Position numbers and translations under genes: made by a program. DNA of 64,000 nucleotides from Vicugna vicugna (taxonomy: Eukaryota), in contig MU057989.1 of the NCBI GenBank assembly GCA_013265495.1, forward strand, positions 1,007,513 through 1,071,512, given 5' to 3'. Position 1 is the first letter of the stretch. Each line of letters starts with the position of its first letter. Below, one piece after another: positions 48,150 through 59,912 of this stretch. The notes beneath the pieces were generated by a model. It was not told the origin of the DNA. It did not search any database and worked only from the letters and a program-made list of their open reading frames with translations.

Positions 48150-49570
48150 CACACCTTCATATGAAGTTAAACACACACTCACCATACAACCTGGCAACTC
48201 AACTTCTATGTATTTAACCAAGAGAAAGGGAAGTATGTGTCCACCAAAGACCTGTGAATGTTTACCACAGCTTTATTCATTACAGTCAAGAACTGGAAAC
48301 AACCCAAACACCCATCAACTGATGAGTGGGGTTTTTTCCACTGTGGTATGCCCACCCATACAGGGAATACTATTTAGCAATAAAAAGGAACAAGCTATGA
48401 TTCGTGCAACAACCTGGATGACTCTCAAAAGCATTATTCTAAATGAAAGAAACTTAGTCACCAAAGACCACATACTGTGTGATTACACTTCTATGACATT
48501 CTACATAAGGCGAAACTGTACTGACAGAATGTAAATCAGCGGCCCTCTAGAGCCGGGAATGGGGGAGGGATCGATCACAGTGTGTCCTGAGGGCACTTTG
48601 GGGGGTGATGGAAATGCACCATATGAAGTGGGGTAGTGGTTATACACTGCAAACGCTTGTTAAGACTCAATGAACTGTGCACTTTAAGTGGGTGGGTTTT
48701 ACCGTTATGTACATTATAAAGTTGGCAACTTTTCTATATAACCAACTGTAACTAGCTAGAAAACATAATGGAAAAAGATCTGAGTCATAGTAGCCATGAA
48801 AAATAGTAAAACTTAAGAATAAATTTAAGAAATGTGTAAAAGCTCATGAAAAGCTACAAAACTATACTGAGCAACACAGAAGGACTTGTATAAATGGAGA
48901 GATATCCCATATGTGCCAGCTGGCTGGATGAGAAGACCCAGCCTTGTGAAGGTGTCAAATTAATCTGTAACCTGAAAGAACTTGAGTCAAAATGCCAAAG
49001 GGAGTTTGAGGAAACAACAAATTCAACTTTGATCTAGAAGAACAAATGCATAAAAACAGAAACACAAAAAGACCTGCAAGAACAGACTCAGATATAAATC
49101 AGAATTCTATGTCGTCATAAGTGGTGTGTATCAACATATGTTATGTAATTCACCCTTGCCCCACATGCAAATAAATGTTAGATGGTTTAAAAATAGCAGT
49201 ATAAAAAAAGAAAAAATATAAAAGCATTAGGATAAAATATATATATAATCCTCGAGTGGGGAAGGCTTTTCTAATCAAAGGCAGAAACCATAAAAGAAAA
49301 GAATGATGGACATGCCCACATAAAAATGTAAATATGCACATGTCAAAAAATATCATGATTGAAAGGCAAGATATAAATGGGGGAAATTTTACAACAAAAT
49401 GGAAGACAAAAATCTAAGATATTTATGTCAATAAAGAGACTTTTTCAAAGTAATAAGGAAAAGACAAATACCTCAATTCACAGGCAACTCATAAAAGAAG
49501 AAATACAAGAGAGCAATTTACATATGAAAAAGGGTTTAGCCATTCATGTGGGCAAAGACAATGGCCAGTA
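48150..49570 (+). mobile_element. Old LINE-1 fragments (L1MB/MC 3' end at 48150-48720, then L1ME-like ORF2 pieces)
   Basis: aagaactggaaacaacccaaacacccatcaactgatgagtgg...gcaacaacctggatgactctcaaaagcattattctaaatgaaagaa. Confidence 0.75.
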
Positions 49571-49603
49571 AGGATGTCTGTCACTTTATTATAATTTACA
49601 ATA

Positions 49604-49775
49604 CTGTATTTCACCAAATCTAAGACACCAATTGTAAAATGCATCATTACATTTTGTTCTATTATGAAATAAAATACAAGACTGTCAATTAAACAATGAC
49701 ATACATTAAACTGTGGGATGCTTCCTGATTTGAGGGATTTCCGGAAAATACACATCTCAGTATCATGATATATAG
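49604..49775 (-). mobile_element. MER104-like Tc1/mariner-superfamily MITE
   Basis: ta|ctgtatttcaccaaatctaagacacc...catctcagtatcatgatatatag|ta: degenerate terminal inverted repeats with TA flanks. Confidence 0.6.
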
Positions 49776-50360
49776 TAATGCAAAACTGGAAACAATCTAA
49801 ATTTCCAACAAGGGAGATTTCCTGAATAAGTTATAGTATATCTCCATGATAAAAGTTTACTGTCATTCACGATGATATAGATGTGCATACAGTTTAACAG
49901 TGGAAAGAGGCTCATGATCTATTAGGTGAACAAGGAGGTTATAAAACAGTATGTTTACTATGATGCCATTTTGTTAAAAGATAATTATTGACAAATACAT
50001 CTGCACTGAAAGAGTCTAAAAGCTCTCTCAGGACATTCACAGTGGCTATGTCTGGGTAGGAAGCATTTTTTTTTTATCTTCTGTGTGCTCACCTGTCTTT
50101 TCTGAAAGTTAGACCACAAATGTGTTTCACTTTTATTATAAAAGATAAAAATAAGATATCTAACCACCTGGTCATCTGTCTAAATGTAAGTTTTCAAAAG
50201 TTACACAATTCTGTGAAGATGCAATGTTTAAAAGGGAAAGAAAAAACTTGAAATAATGTAAAACCTCAGGCAGGACATGGTTAAACAAACTACGGTTTTT
50301 CACTCCAAGAAACATATTCTCCTTACAAATAAAAATATGTGAATTAAATAGATGCACAGG

Positions 50361-50479
50361 GTATAACTGAATCACTTTGCTGTACACTTAAAACTAACAT
50401 TGTAATTCAACTATAAGTAAATAAAAAATAAAATTTTTAAAAAAACCTGCAAAGCCTCATCCAAAATAAACAGACAAAC
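50361..50479 (+). mobile_element. Very short lineage L1 3' tip plus extra 3' sequence, with perfect 15-bp TSD
   Basis: TSD aaatagatgcacagg at 50346-50360 and 50480-50494; gtataactgaatcactttgctgtacac... Confidence 0.88.
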
Positions 50480-50574
50480 AAATAGATGCACAGGAAATCT
50501 ACATAAAATAGCAACAGAAGATGAAAACACAAATTGGTTGACATTCTTAATCAAAAAAGTTTTGTGTGTGTGTA

Positions 50575-51445
50575 TATATTTTTTATTGAAGTATAGTCAG
50601 TTCATTCACAATGTTGTGTCAATTTCTGGTGTACAGCACCACAATTCAGTCATAAATGAATTTATACATATATTCATTTTCATATTCTTTTTAACCACAT
50701 GTTACTGCAAGATATTGAATATAGTTCCCTGTGCTATACAGTATGAACTTGTTTATCTATTTTATATATATTAGTATCTGCAAATCTCAAACTCCCAATT
50801 TATCCCCTCCCACCCCCTTCTCCACCCAGTAACCATAAGTTTGTTTTCTCTGTCTGTGAGTCTGTTTCTGTTTTGTAAATAAGTTCATTTGTCTTTTTTT
50901 TTTTAAGATTCCACATGTAAGTGATATCATATGGTATTTTTCTTTCTCTTTCTGGCTTACTTCACATAGAATAACAATCTCCAGGTTCATATATGTTGCT
51001 GCAAATGGCATTATTTTATTCTTTTTTATGGCTGAGTAGTATTCTACTGTATAAATATACCACAACTTCTTTATCCAGTCATTTGTCGAAGGACATTTAG
51101 GTTGTTTCCATGTATTGGCTATTGTAAATAGTGCTGCTATGAACATTAGGGTGCATGTATATTTTTTAATTAAGGCTCTCTCTGGATATATGCCCAGGAG
51201 TGGGATTGCTGGATCATATGGCAAGTCTATTTTTAGTCTTTTGAGGAATCTCATACTGTTTTCCATAATGGCTGCACCAAATTACATGCCCACCAACAGT
51301 ATAGGAGGGTTCCCTTTTCTCCACACCCTCTCTAGCATTTATTGTTTGTGGACTTTTGAATGATGGCCATTCTGACTGGTGTGAGGTGATACCTCATTGT
51401 AGTTTTGATCTGCATTTCTCTGATAATTAACAATACTAAGCCATT
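50575..51445 (-). mobile_element. Young lineage LINE-1: ORF2 C-terminus plus 3'UTR
   Basis: [30 protein letters not shown]...MFIAALFTIANTWKQPKCPSTNDWIKKLWYIYTVEYYSAIKKNKIMPFAAT (50787-51266); attcttaatcaa repeated at 50543-50554 and 51456-51467. Confidence 0.95.
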
Positions 51446-52929
51446 TAAGAAAAAAATTCTTAATCAAGAAAAAATGTACCTAAGGATGTGAAGTTACAGT
51501 CTTACAAAGAGAAGACAGCTAAGGTTATAGGTTATAAGTAATTCTTTGTTTTTACCTTTTTACTCCTTTTTCATATAAAATTAATTTAATAGAGGCAAAA
51601 AAAATAGACTTTCAAGAGCCACAACAGCATTCTACAGGTCTATAACATTACTCTCTAAAAACATTCCACAGAGAAACAATCTAAGCTCCTTAGTTCACAA
51701 TTTAGTTTTTCTATAACCTGTCCAACAAAAAAGCAGATCTCATGTAGAAACGCTTATGCTACAGGGAAACATAGCAAGAAGTTTCCTTCATCTCTGTGTG
51801 TGCTTTTTTTCTCTTTTCTGGTTAAGGAAAACATTTTCAAGTTCATAAAAACAAGGAACTAAAATTAGATAGACGAGAACTGAACCTTGACTCACGGTAG
51901 GGAAAACATTATTTTTAAACGGAGAAATATTTATAGGCCTGTGCTTTATGGAAAAGGAAGACAGGCGCGCTAATGTATGTCGACGGAACGGCCTAGGGCA
52001 GGAACAGGAGACTCGAGAAGAGAAAATACTTTCACTGCATGTTTATATTCCAGGAACCACTGGCACTTCACATATTTTTTTCTCATGGAATACGAATTAG
52101 AACCAATAATTACAGAGTATTTGAGAACACTATTCACTTAACATTAGAGAAAATGCTGTAAACAGCTCACAGCCGACCATGAAACCATCTCCACCTCCTC
52201 CTACTGCCGCCCTTAGGACCAGGAATGCTCCCAACTCCGGAAGAGCTGGGCTTGCCCTAGACACCGCATCACCCCTGCGGGACAACCAATATATTTCAGA
52301 GCTCCCGGCAAAAGTTTTAAGAAATATGTTTGTTACAGGGTTTTTTTTAAAAAAGACACAGAGGTGAAATCTAAGACACTTAGGTAAGTATTATCGAATA
52401 AATCTCTTAAGACGTTAAAACCACCTTCATCTTGACATTCGCAGCACTGCTCAAAAACCTTCAAAACTACTTTACCTCCCACCGTATCGTCTTAACGTCT
52501 TCTTTTCACTCATTCACTCCTACGGGCCAACATCAGAGGACCTGCAGTGAGCCCCCAGTCCAGTCAGGGAGGAGAGAGGTTGTATCTGCAAGGGTGAGTG
52601 GGTAAGAGCTGGTGGAGGGGACCAGAGGGCAGGGGAAGGGGGAGGTCCTCCCACTCGGGAGGCTGAGGAGAGGGAGGACTGCAGAGAGGCGTGGCTCTTT
52701 GAGAAAATTCAACCAGCTGGGGTGCAGGCACTAGGCAGAAAGAACAGTCATGCTGCATGTCAGGGACTGGACCCATCTGGGAGAAATGAAGGAGAGAAAT
52801 GCAACGTCTGAGCTGGTTGCATGATCTGATTTCACAAGTTTCTCCTAAGAGCAAGTACGTACATTTTCGTTTTAAAAACACTGCATGTTTTCACTAAAGT
52901 CATACCTTAATGCTTTGCATCCCTAAGGG

Positions 52930-53480
52930 CCATTGTCTTTCTCATGTCCCCACCTCCAACCTTCCTTGATAGCAGAAGCCTGATTCTCTTTGGGAGATCT
53001 TCCTTCCACCTGCTCAGGAAAGAGATCCTACTCCCCACCTGGCCCCAGCTGATGGAGGCAAGGTAAGTCCAGGCCAACACGGGGACTCACTCCTCTTGCC
53101 AGAGGGAAGGGACTGGTGAGGGCCTGGACATGGTCCTGCCCTGACCAAAGGGACCTGAGGGAGGCGTGCTTGGGGATGTCTTAGGAAAACTTTCATTGCT
53201 AATAAAATAAGACACGCATGTGAGGGAAAGGCCTTCTTTTTCACTGGAGGTCATCGTGTTACCTGGAATAGCTGTAGCCCCCCTGTGCCATGAGGGAAGA
53301 CACCTCCCACACTGCAGGGATGGCAGAGAGCAAAGACAGACAGCACCTGGTTCCTTGAAAATGTCATCAAACCTCTGACTTAAATCAGCCTTGGAACTGC
53401 CACACTTCTTGTTGTGTGAGACAATAAATTCCTTCATTTTCAGCTACTTTTAGTTAGGTCTTCAGTAACTCACACACTAT
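52930..53480 (+). mobile_element. Old MaLR LTR (MLT1J/K/L-like)
   Basis: ggatggcagagagcaaagacagacagcacctggttccttgaaaatgtcatc...cttcttgttgtgtgagacaataaattcctt. Confidence 0.75.
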
Positions 53481-54219
53481 TACTTTGAAACCATCTTGCC
53501 TTTCTTTATAAGCATTCCTACATATGTTTGCATTCCTCATGAAGCAGAGGGTTTTCTACTTTAGGGTGAAGTTTTGTTTTGTATATTGTGTGTTTTGTAA
53601 CATCTCTTCTTTAAGGAAAGCACAAGGTAAGAGCTTGGACAGGGTTTCACACGGTTCAAGGAAGGCGCACTACCTAGCAGACATAAGTGCTGCAGGCCCC
53701 GGGAAGAGGTACTCATGGTGATTTCCCCATGGCTAAATAAAGTACCACATGCTTCAGGATACTTTACTCTGTACTACACTCCTTAGCAATCTTGTTTCTA
53801 TTAGGGGGACCTAATTAATAGTGACAAGAAGAAACACCCTAGGCAGTAGCTATGAATATTCTAGCCCCTGGAAAAGTACACCATCTTCCCCAGTGTAAAC
53901 CAATACACTGGCAACCAGCTACACGTCAGTCTCATGATTAGCATGAATCAATCCTCCTAAACTTGGATAACTCTGAACACTGATGGAAATGAAGATTCTG
54001 AATCTCCAAAGTTGTGACCCAGGTCCCCAGAGCTCACTGATTCCCCCAAGGACTTCTCTCTCTCCCAAGAGGCTGCAACAGCACCATGCACCTCATCCCC
54101 CTCTGCTCTGCAGAGATGAACTACAAAATCCCAATCTCCAATCATACTGCCTTGTACTATGATATATTCTAATTAATCATCAGTGTTTTAGTTAATGTTG
54201 GTCTGGGAGGTTTATGCGT

Positions 54220-54760
54220 TTTCTGTAACAGCTTTATTGAGGTACAATTCACATGCCACACAATTCACCTATTTACACTATATAATTCAGTGATTTTTTT
54301 TTTAGTATATTCACAGAGTTGTACAACCATCACCACAATCAATGTCAGAACATTTTCTTTGCCTCAAAAAGAAACCCTCACTTCCTCTCAATTCCCCCAG
54401 CCCGAGTTTTATTTTCTGTTTCTATGGGTTTGCCTGTTCATTTCATACGTGGCCTTTTGTGTCTGACTCTTTCACTGAGATGGCTGCAAGATGCATCCAC
54501 ATGGTAGCGTGTGACAGTGCTTCCTTTTTATGGCTGAACAGTATTCCACGAGCAGGCATAGCACATTTTGTTTCTCTGTTCAGCACTGGATGGATATTTG
54601 GGTTGTTTCCACTCGGTGGCTGTTACAAATAATGTTTTGGGGTCTTTGGGGCACAGGCCTGGGAGTGGACTGCTGCGTCACGCGGTCACGTGGTCACATG
54701 GGTCAGGAGCTGCCAGGCTGCTTCCCATTTCCCACAGCAGCCAATGCGCCACCTCACGCT
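54220..54760 (-). mobile_element. L1MB-type 3' end
   Basis: aacagctttattgaggtacaattcacatgccac...tagtatattcacagagttgtacaaccatcaccacaatc. Confidence 0.85.
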
Positions 54761-56184
54761 CCCGCCAGCACAATGGGTCTGGGCTAGGGAGTCTCAGACA
54801 AGGACCATAGTCTATTCATCCTCGGATCCTCGATCCCTCGTAGGCACTCAAAAACTGTTTAATGAATGGATGCGAGCCGATGTGGCTTAAAAAAAAAAAA
54901 AAAGCAAAATGCAGCCAACAGCAGAGTAACAGGGTCCTTTCAAGGACATCCCTCCCTGACGGGACCTGACATACGCCATGTGCTCCCTTTGTGCCCTGGA
55001 GAGGCTACCCCACTTGCCCTGAATAGTTTCATTGCCCCATCTACAGGCTTGAAGAACATCCTAACAGAAGGCGATGATATCTGCTGGGACTCTGTGGGCC
55101 CAAGAGCTACCTTACAGTCTGGGGGGAAGGTCACCCTCTCGTGGCCATTGTAATCCAGCTGCCCTGTGGGTGTTCCCAGTGGTGTACGAGGGCAACTTCT
55201 CAGGTGGACCAGGAAATATACCTCGGGGGGCAATATCACTCCCCAGATTGGGGTCTGAGGTGGGCACCAGTGAACATCCCACCCACCCTACCCGCTCAGC
55301 AAATGGCAAGTTGGAGCCCAGCGGACTTCCAACCTCACTGTTATCGCCACAGAGGGACTCTGCCTCTTCCTTTGCCCTCAAGTGGTTTCTGAAACTCAGT
55401 TTTCTCCTCTTCTACCCTGAACAGTACTGACACTCGGTAACACTGACAAGTTCGCATACTCTTTCTTGTTTTAACTACATAAAAACAAATAAAAATGAAC
55501 TACAAACCAATGACCATGTTTGGGAACTGAGTTCTTTTGGTAGCCAATGTTTTTTTAGAAAAAAGTTCTATATTAAGGCCGCGCTGTGGGAACACTGCTG
55601 GCTGTGGACAGTATCCCACATCCCTGCGCTCTAAGGATAGCTAACAAGTAGAGAGTGTCCCGGACAGCACAGGAGGCCTACAGCTCACTCGACCTAACAG
55701 AAACCAGAGGGGAAGCCTAATTTTACCTTGCTGTATTTAGACAGTTTGAATTCACTTGAACAAGAAAGTTCCTAGAGCTGTTTGGGACCTTTTTTTTTTT
55801 TTTTTTTTGGTCAATATTTAAATAGCATTTTTTTTTTAAAGCTTGCCCTAGATACCAACTGTTAATCTAACACACAATTCCAAAGTTGCCAAATCCAATG
55901 CCAGCCCAGAGGGGATAGCCAAAAACCCTTGTTTATCAAAAACAAAAGGTCTCTAAACATGTTACATTTACATTATGATTTTTTTCCTAATCACAGTACC
56001 ATTCCAACTTACAGTGAACAAAGTCATTATTGCAGTCAAGATACAACACTCAAAGCACTACCTATTACCAGCTTGGCTCTCAACTTGGAGGATGTTTGCT
56101 GAAACATCTTATTGCCAGATGTGACTTTTAAAAGGGTCCTTCTTACAAGTTTCTCATTTTAAAAAGTGGCAGAGGTTTGTCCAC

Positions 56185-56772
56185 AAGTTAAATGTAGAGT
56201 TACCATATGACCCAGCAATTCCTCACCTAGGCATATACCGAAAAGAAGTGAAAACATGTACTAAAAAAAAACACACACACACAACCAAAAAAACCTCCAT
56301 ACATGAAGGTTTACAGAAGCACTATTCACAGTAGTCAAAGGTAGAAAGAGCCCAAATGTCCATCAGCAGATGAATGGATAAACAAAATGTGGTCCATCTA
56401 TACAATGGAATATTACTAGGCCATAAAAAGGAATGAAGTACCAGTACCTGCTACAATAAGGATGAACCTTGAAAACATTACGCTTAGTTAAAGAAGCCAG
56501 GTACAAAAGGCCACATATGATTTATGCACATGAAATACCCAGCATAGGCAAATACACAGAGACAGAATAGATTAGTGGTTGTCAGGTGCCAGGAAGACGG
56601 AGGAACACAGAACTGCTTAATGGATACAAGGTTTCCATTTGGGGATGAAAATGCTTTGGAACTAGAGGTGATGGTTGTACAATATGGTGAATGTGTGTAC
56701 TAAAGGCCACTAAACTATAAACTTTAAAATGGTGAATTTTATATTACGTGAACTTCATGTGATTTTTTTTTA
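56185..56772 (+). mobile_element. L1MB-type ORF2 end and 3'UTR
   Basis: agagttaccatatgacccagcaattcctcacctagg...cccaaatgtccatcagcagatgaatggataaacaaaatgtgg. Confidence 0.9.
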
Positions 56773-59459
56773 AGTGAACACAACATCAAAACTGCAGGAT
56801 TACAGCAGTGGGGCAGGGAGGTGGGGGAGTGGCAGAGTAGAGCCCTTAGAAAGTGCTCCGTGCAGTACAAGAAGCCCGATGCCAGTCTATAAAAGCAACG
56901 GGACAGAATCACCAGGCCTGTAGTTTAGCCTGGGAGGCCAGTCAGATATAGACAAAGCCCAAGTCCCTACCCAAGGATTTTTCATAACAATCTTACAAAG
57001 ACTATCATAAGAAATGTCGACCCCCTGACCCCAGGTACTGGGCGAGCGGCTTGTGATACCCTGTGGAGAAGCGTGAACTGAGCGCCTGACACATGAAAAC
57101 ACATTTTTCTTTATCTGTAAAGGGGGGAAGCAGGAATTCAAGTGCTGCGCTCACGGTCTTAAATCAGCCATAATATTCACTAACATCTATTCAGAGACTA
57201 ATGCACATTCCACCCACCAAATACTGTGTTCTCACCCTGCTCGATTTTTCTGCAAAGCCCCATTGCTGTGAAACAGTGTGTCCAGACTCCTGTGTATCTG
57301 ATTTTTAATAGTCTCCCTTATTGCAACCCTGATTACCCTGTGCCTTGAGCTCACAGCAAGGGTAGGCTGAGATCAGGGCCTGAGGAAGCACTTGGAAAAG
57401 ACAGGTGACAAAAGGTGAGACAAAGACAAAAGGTGAGTTCTGTCCCAATATTAGGGGAACCTGCTTCTGACTCCCTCCTTGAATCACAGTGGGGCAATCT
57501 GGCACTAGCGCTCCCACCTGTGTGTTCCCTGCTGTGCCCCTCCCACACTTCCTCACAGCTGCTGGAGGCGAGTGGTACCATCAACTGCATGGGCCAGTGC
57601 TGATGGAACAATTTGGAGGTGGGTAGGGGAGCAGGGCGAGAACCAACGTTTGCTAAACACCATGTGCCGAGAGTCTTATGTGCACCATCCTATTTGATCC
57701 TAGCCAGAACCCCTCGGGTCAGGAGACACACTTCTCTAAAGAGAAAACCAATGCACAGACGACCGTTTATTAAGTAACTACGTGCTGACTACTTGGAAAA
57801 CTAAGACATTGAGAACCCACATTCCTAAGAATTGAATCTTCCTTAATTTTTACTCTCAGAGAACAGCCTTACTAAACCAGACGGCCGATGCCTCCTTGGT
57901 AGACTTGGCAGACACAGGAATGGAACCTGCAGCGTGGGGAGCAAAGCGCAGATAAGTAACTTGGGAGACGCCCTGGCCTGCACTGGGCGCCTGGCATGTG
58001 GCCGAGCCCTTCAGGAAGAACGGACCTTCTTAAGCAACAAACAACAACAGACTAGCACTACTGAAGGCCAGACTACTAAATCTGGGGGATGCAAATCCAG
58101 GTATATCTTTGGTTTATACCAAAGACAAGAACAAGACCTGCTGGTCCTTGACAGTGTATTAAAGGATGCGCCAAAGCACCATTTCCATACAAGCAGCTAT
58201 TCTCACCAGATGTTTCTTGGGAAAGTCTGCAAAGCAGTTTCCCAAAACTCAGGTAAATTTTAACACCAATCAACACTTCCCTAATGTAACATTCACATTT
58301 TAGGTTTATAATATAACCAGTTATAGAATTAATTGTCAATGAATTCTAACTAATTTCATCATCAGTTATAGAATCTAATCTCTAATTCCCATTTTCTATT
58401 TCTACACACTCAAAAGAAGCCTGCATCAGTCTCGTGGAAAACATGCTCCGTTTACTGAGACACAGATTTGATTCAAATTTCCCCTTCTCCTCCCCTTTAA
58501 AAATAGACTAAAAATAACTGTCATAACAACTTACTCATCCTGAACTCAGTACCTAACAACTTATTCAGAATATAGCTGACAACCAAAAAACTGCACAGAG
58601 GCAGAACTCTTCGTCCTTTTAATCAAACTGTAATCTGCAGGGTTAATGAGCTTGGTTATTTGGGGGTTTTTTTCATGGAATAAAGTGAAAACCAGGAGCA
58701 AAGCTGTTATAGGAACGCATACTGATAGCAAGAGAGCAAGCAGAAAAATTATTCTAAAACATAAGAACCAAAAAAATACAGAGAAATCTCAGCTTATTTA
58801 AAAGTAAAGCAAAAATTCCTATTTTTATAGCCAAACTGCTTTATCAGTAAAAGCCAAATAACAGGTAATAAAAATAACTGAGTCAACAAGAAAATTCCAT
58901 TTTATTTGGCATCTTTCTCTTTTAAGAAGGTAAAAAAGAGTTTTATACATTTCAGAAATACAAAGCCAGATGTTCAAAATGGTTAAAACAGGAAAATGTC
59001 TGATTGACTAAAGGGGAAAGTCCTCAGCCCTTCAGAAAACTTGACAAATACAGGAAGACTTATGGTGATTGATATTTACATCTAACAACCTATCAAGTGA
59101 GGCTGGTTTCAAAGCCAACCCTATGCTACTCCTAAAGCTGTCTATCAGGGAACTGGCTGGGGGAAAGGGAAAGGAGCAGAGAATTTAATACTTAATCAAA
59201 CTACATCAAGCTTAGAAAAGAGGACAGCTATTGTAAAAAAAAAAAAAAGCTACACTGAGTTTGAGAAATGCTTACATTAAGGTACAATTCAGTATTAAAT
59301 CTCACTTAATCGTATCTTTAAGGGAAACTAAAAACCCTACTGAAAATGAAACGGCTAAATTTCAGTCAAGCTATAGTATTAAATAATAAGTTTTTTTATT
59401 ATTTCAATTTATTTTCAATCAGCTGGACTGCTGATCTCAAAAAAAAAAAAGAATCACTT

Positions 59460-59912
59460 TTTCATCAGCTGATGAATGGATAAGCAAAATGTGGTCTAGC
59501 CATACAATGGAATATTATGCAACATAAAAGGGATGAAGTATTGACACCTGCCAACGAGAATGTACCTTGAAAACAATATGCTCAGGGAAAGAAGTCATAC
59601 ACAAAAGGCTGCAAACTGTATGATTCCATGTGTATGAAATGTCCAGAATGGGCAAGTCCATTGAGACAGAAAGTAGATTAATGGTTGCCAGGGGCTGGGA
59701 GGTTTAGGAGGAAATGGGGAGTGAGTGCTTAATGGGTACATAGGTTCGTTTTGGGGTGATTAAAATGTTCTAAAATTGATTGTGGTGATAGCTGCACATA
59801 TCTGTGAATATACTAAAAATCACTAAATTGCATACTTTAGATGAGTGAATTCTATGGTGTGGTATGTGAATTATATGTCAAAAAAGAGCTGTTATTTAAA
59901 AAAGAAAAGAAA
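59460..59912 (+). mobile_element. L1MB-type 3' end
   Basis: catcagctgatgaatggataagcaaaatgtgg...gagacagaaagtagattaatggttgccaggggctggga followed by an A tail. Confidence 0.88.

Noticed and set aside
50787..51266. 159-aa ORF and similar ORFs at 12165, 16392, 20564, 43239 and 46746
   Set aside because: Truncated LINE-1 ORF1/ORF2 remnants, not host genes
58318..58374. 12-bp repeat cagttatagaat occurring twice
   Set aside because: Short and in AT-rich context; compatible with chance or trivial slippage
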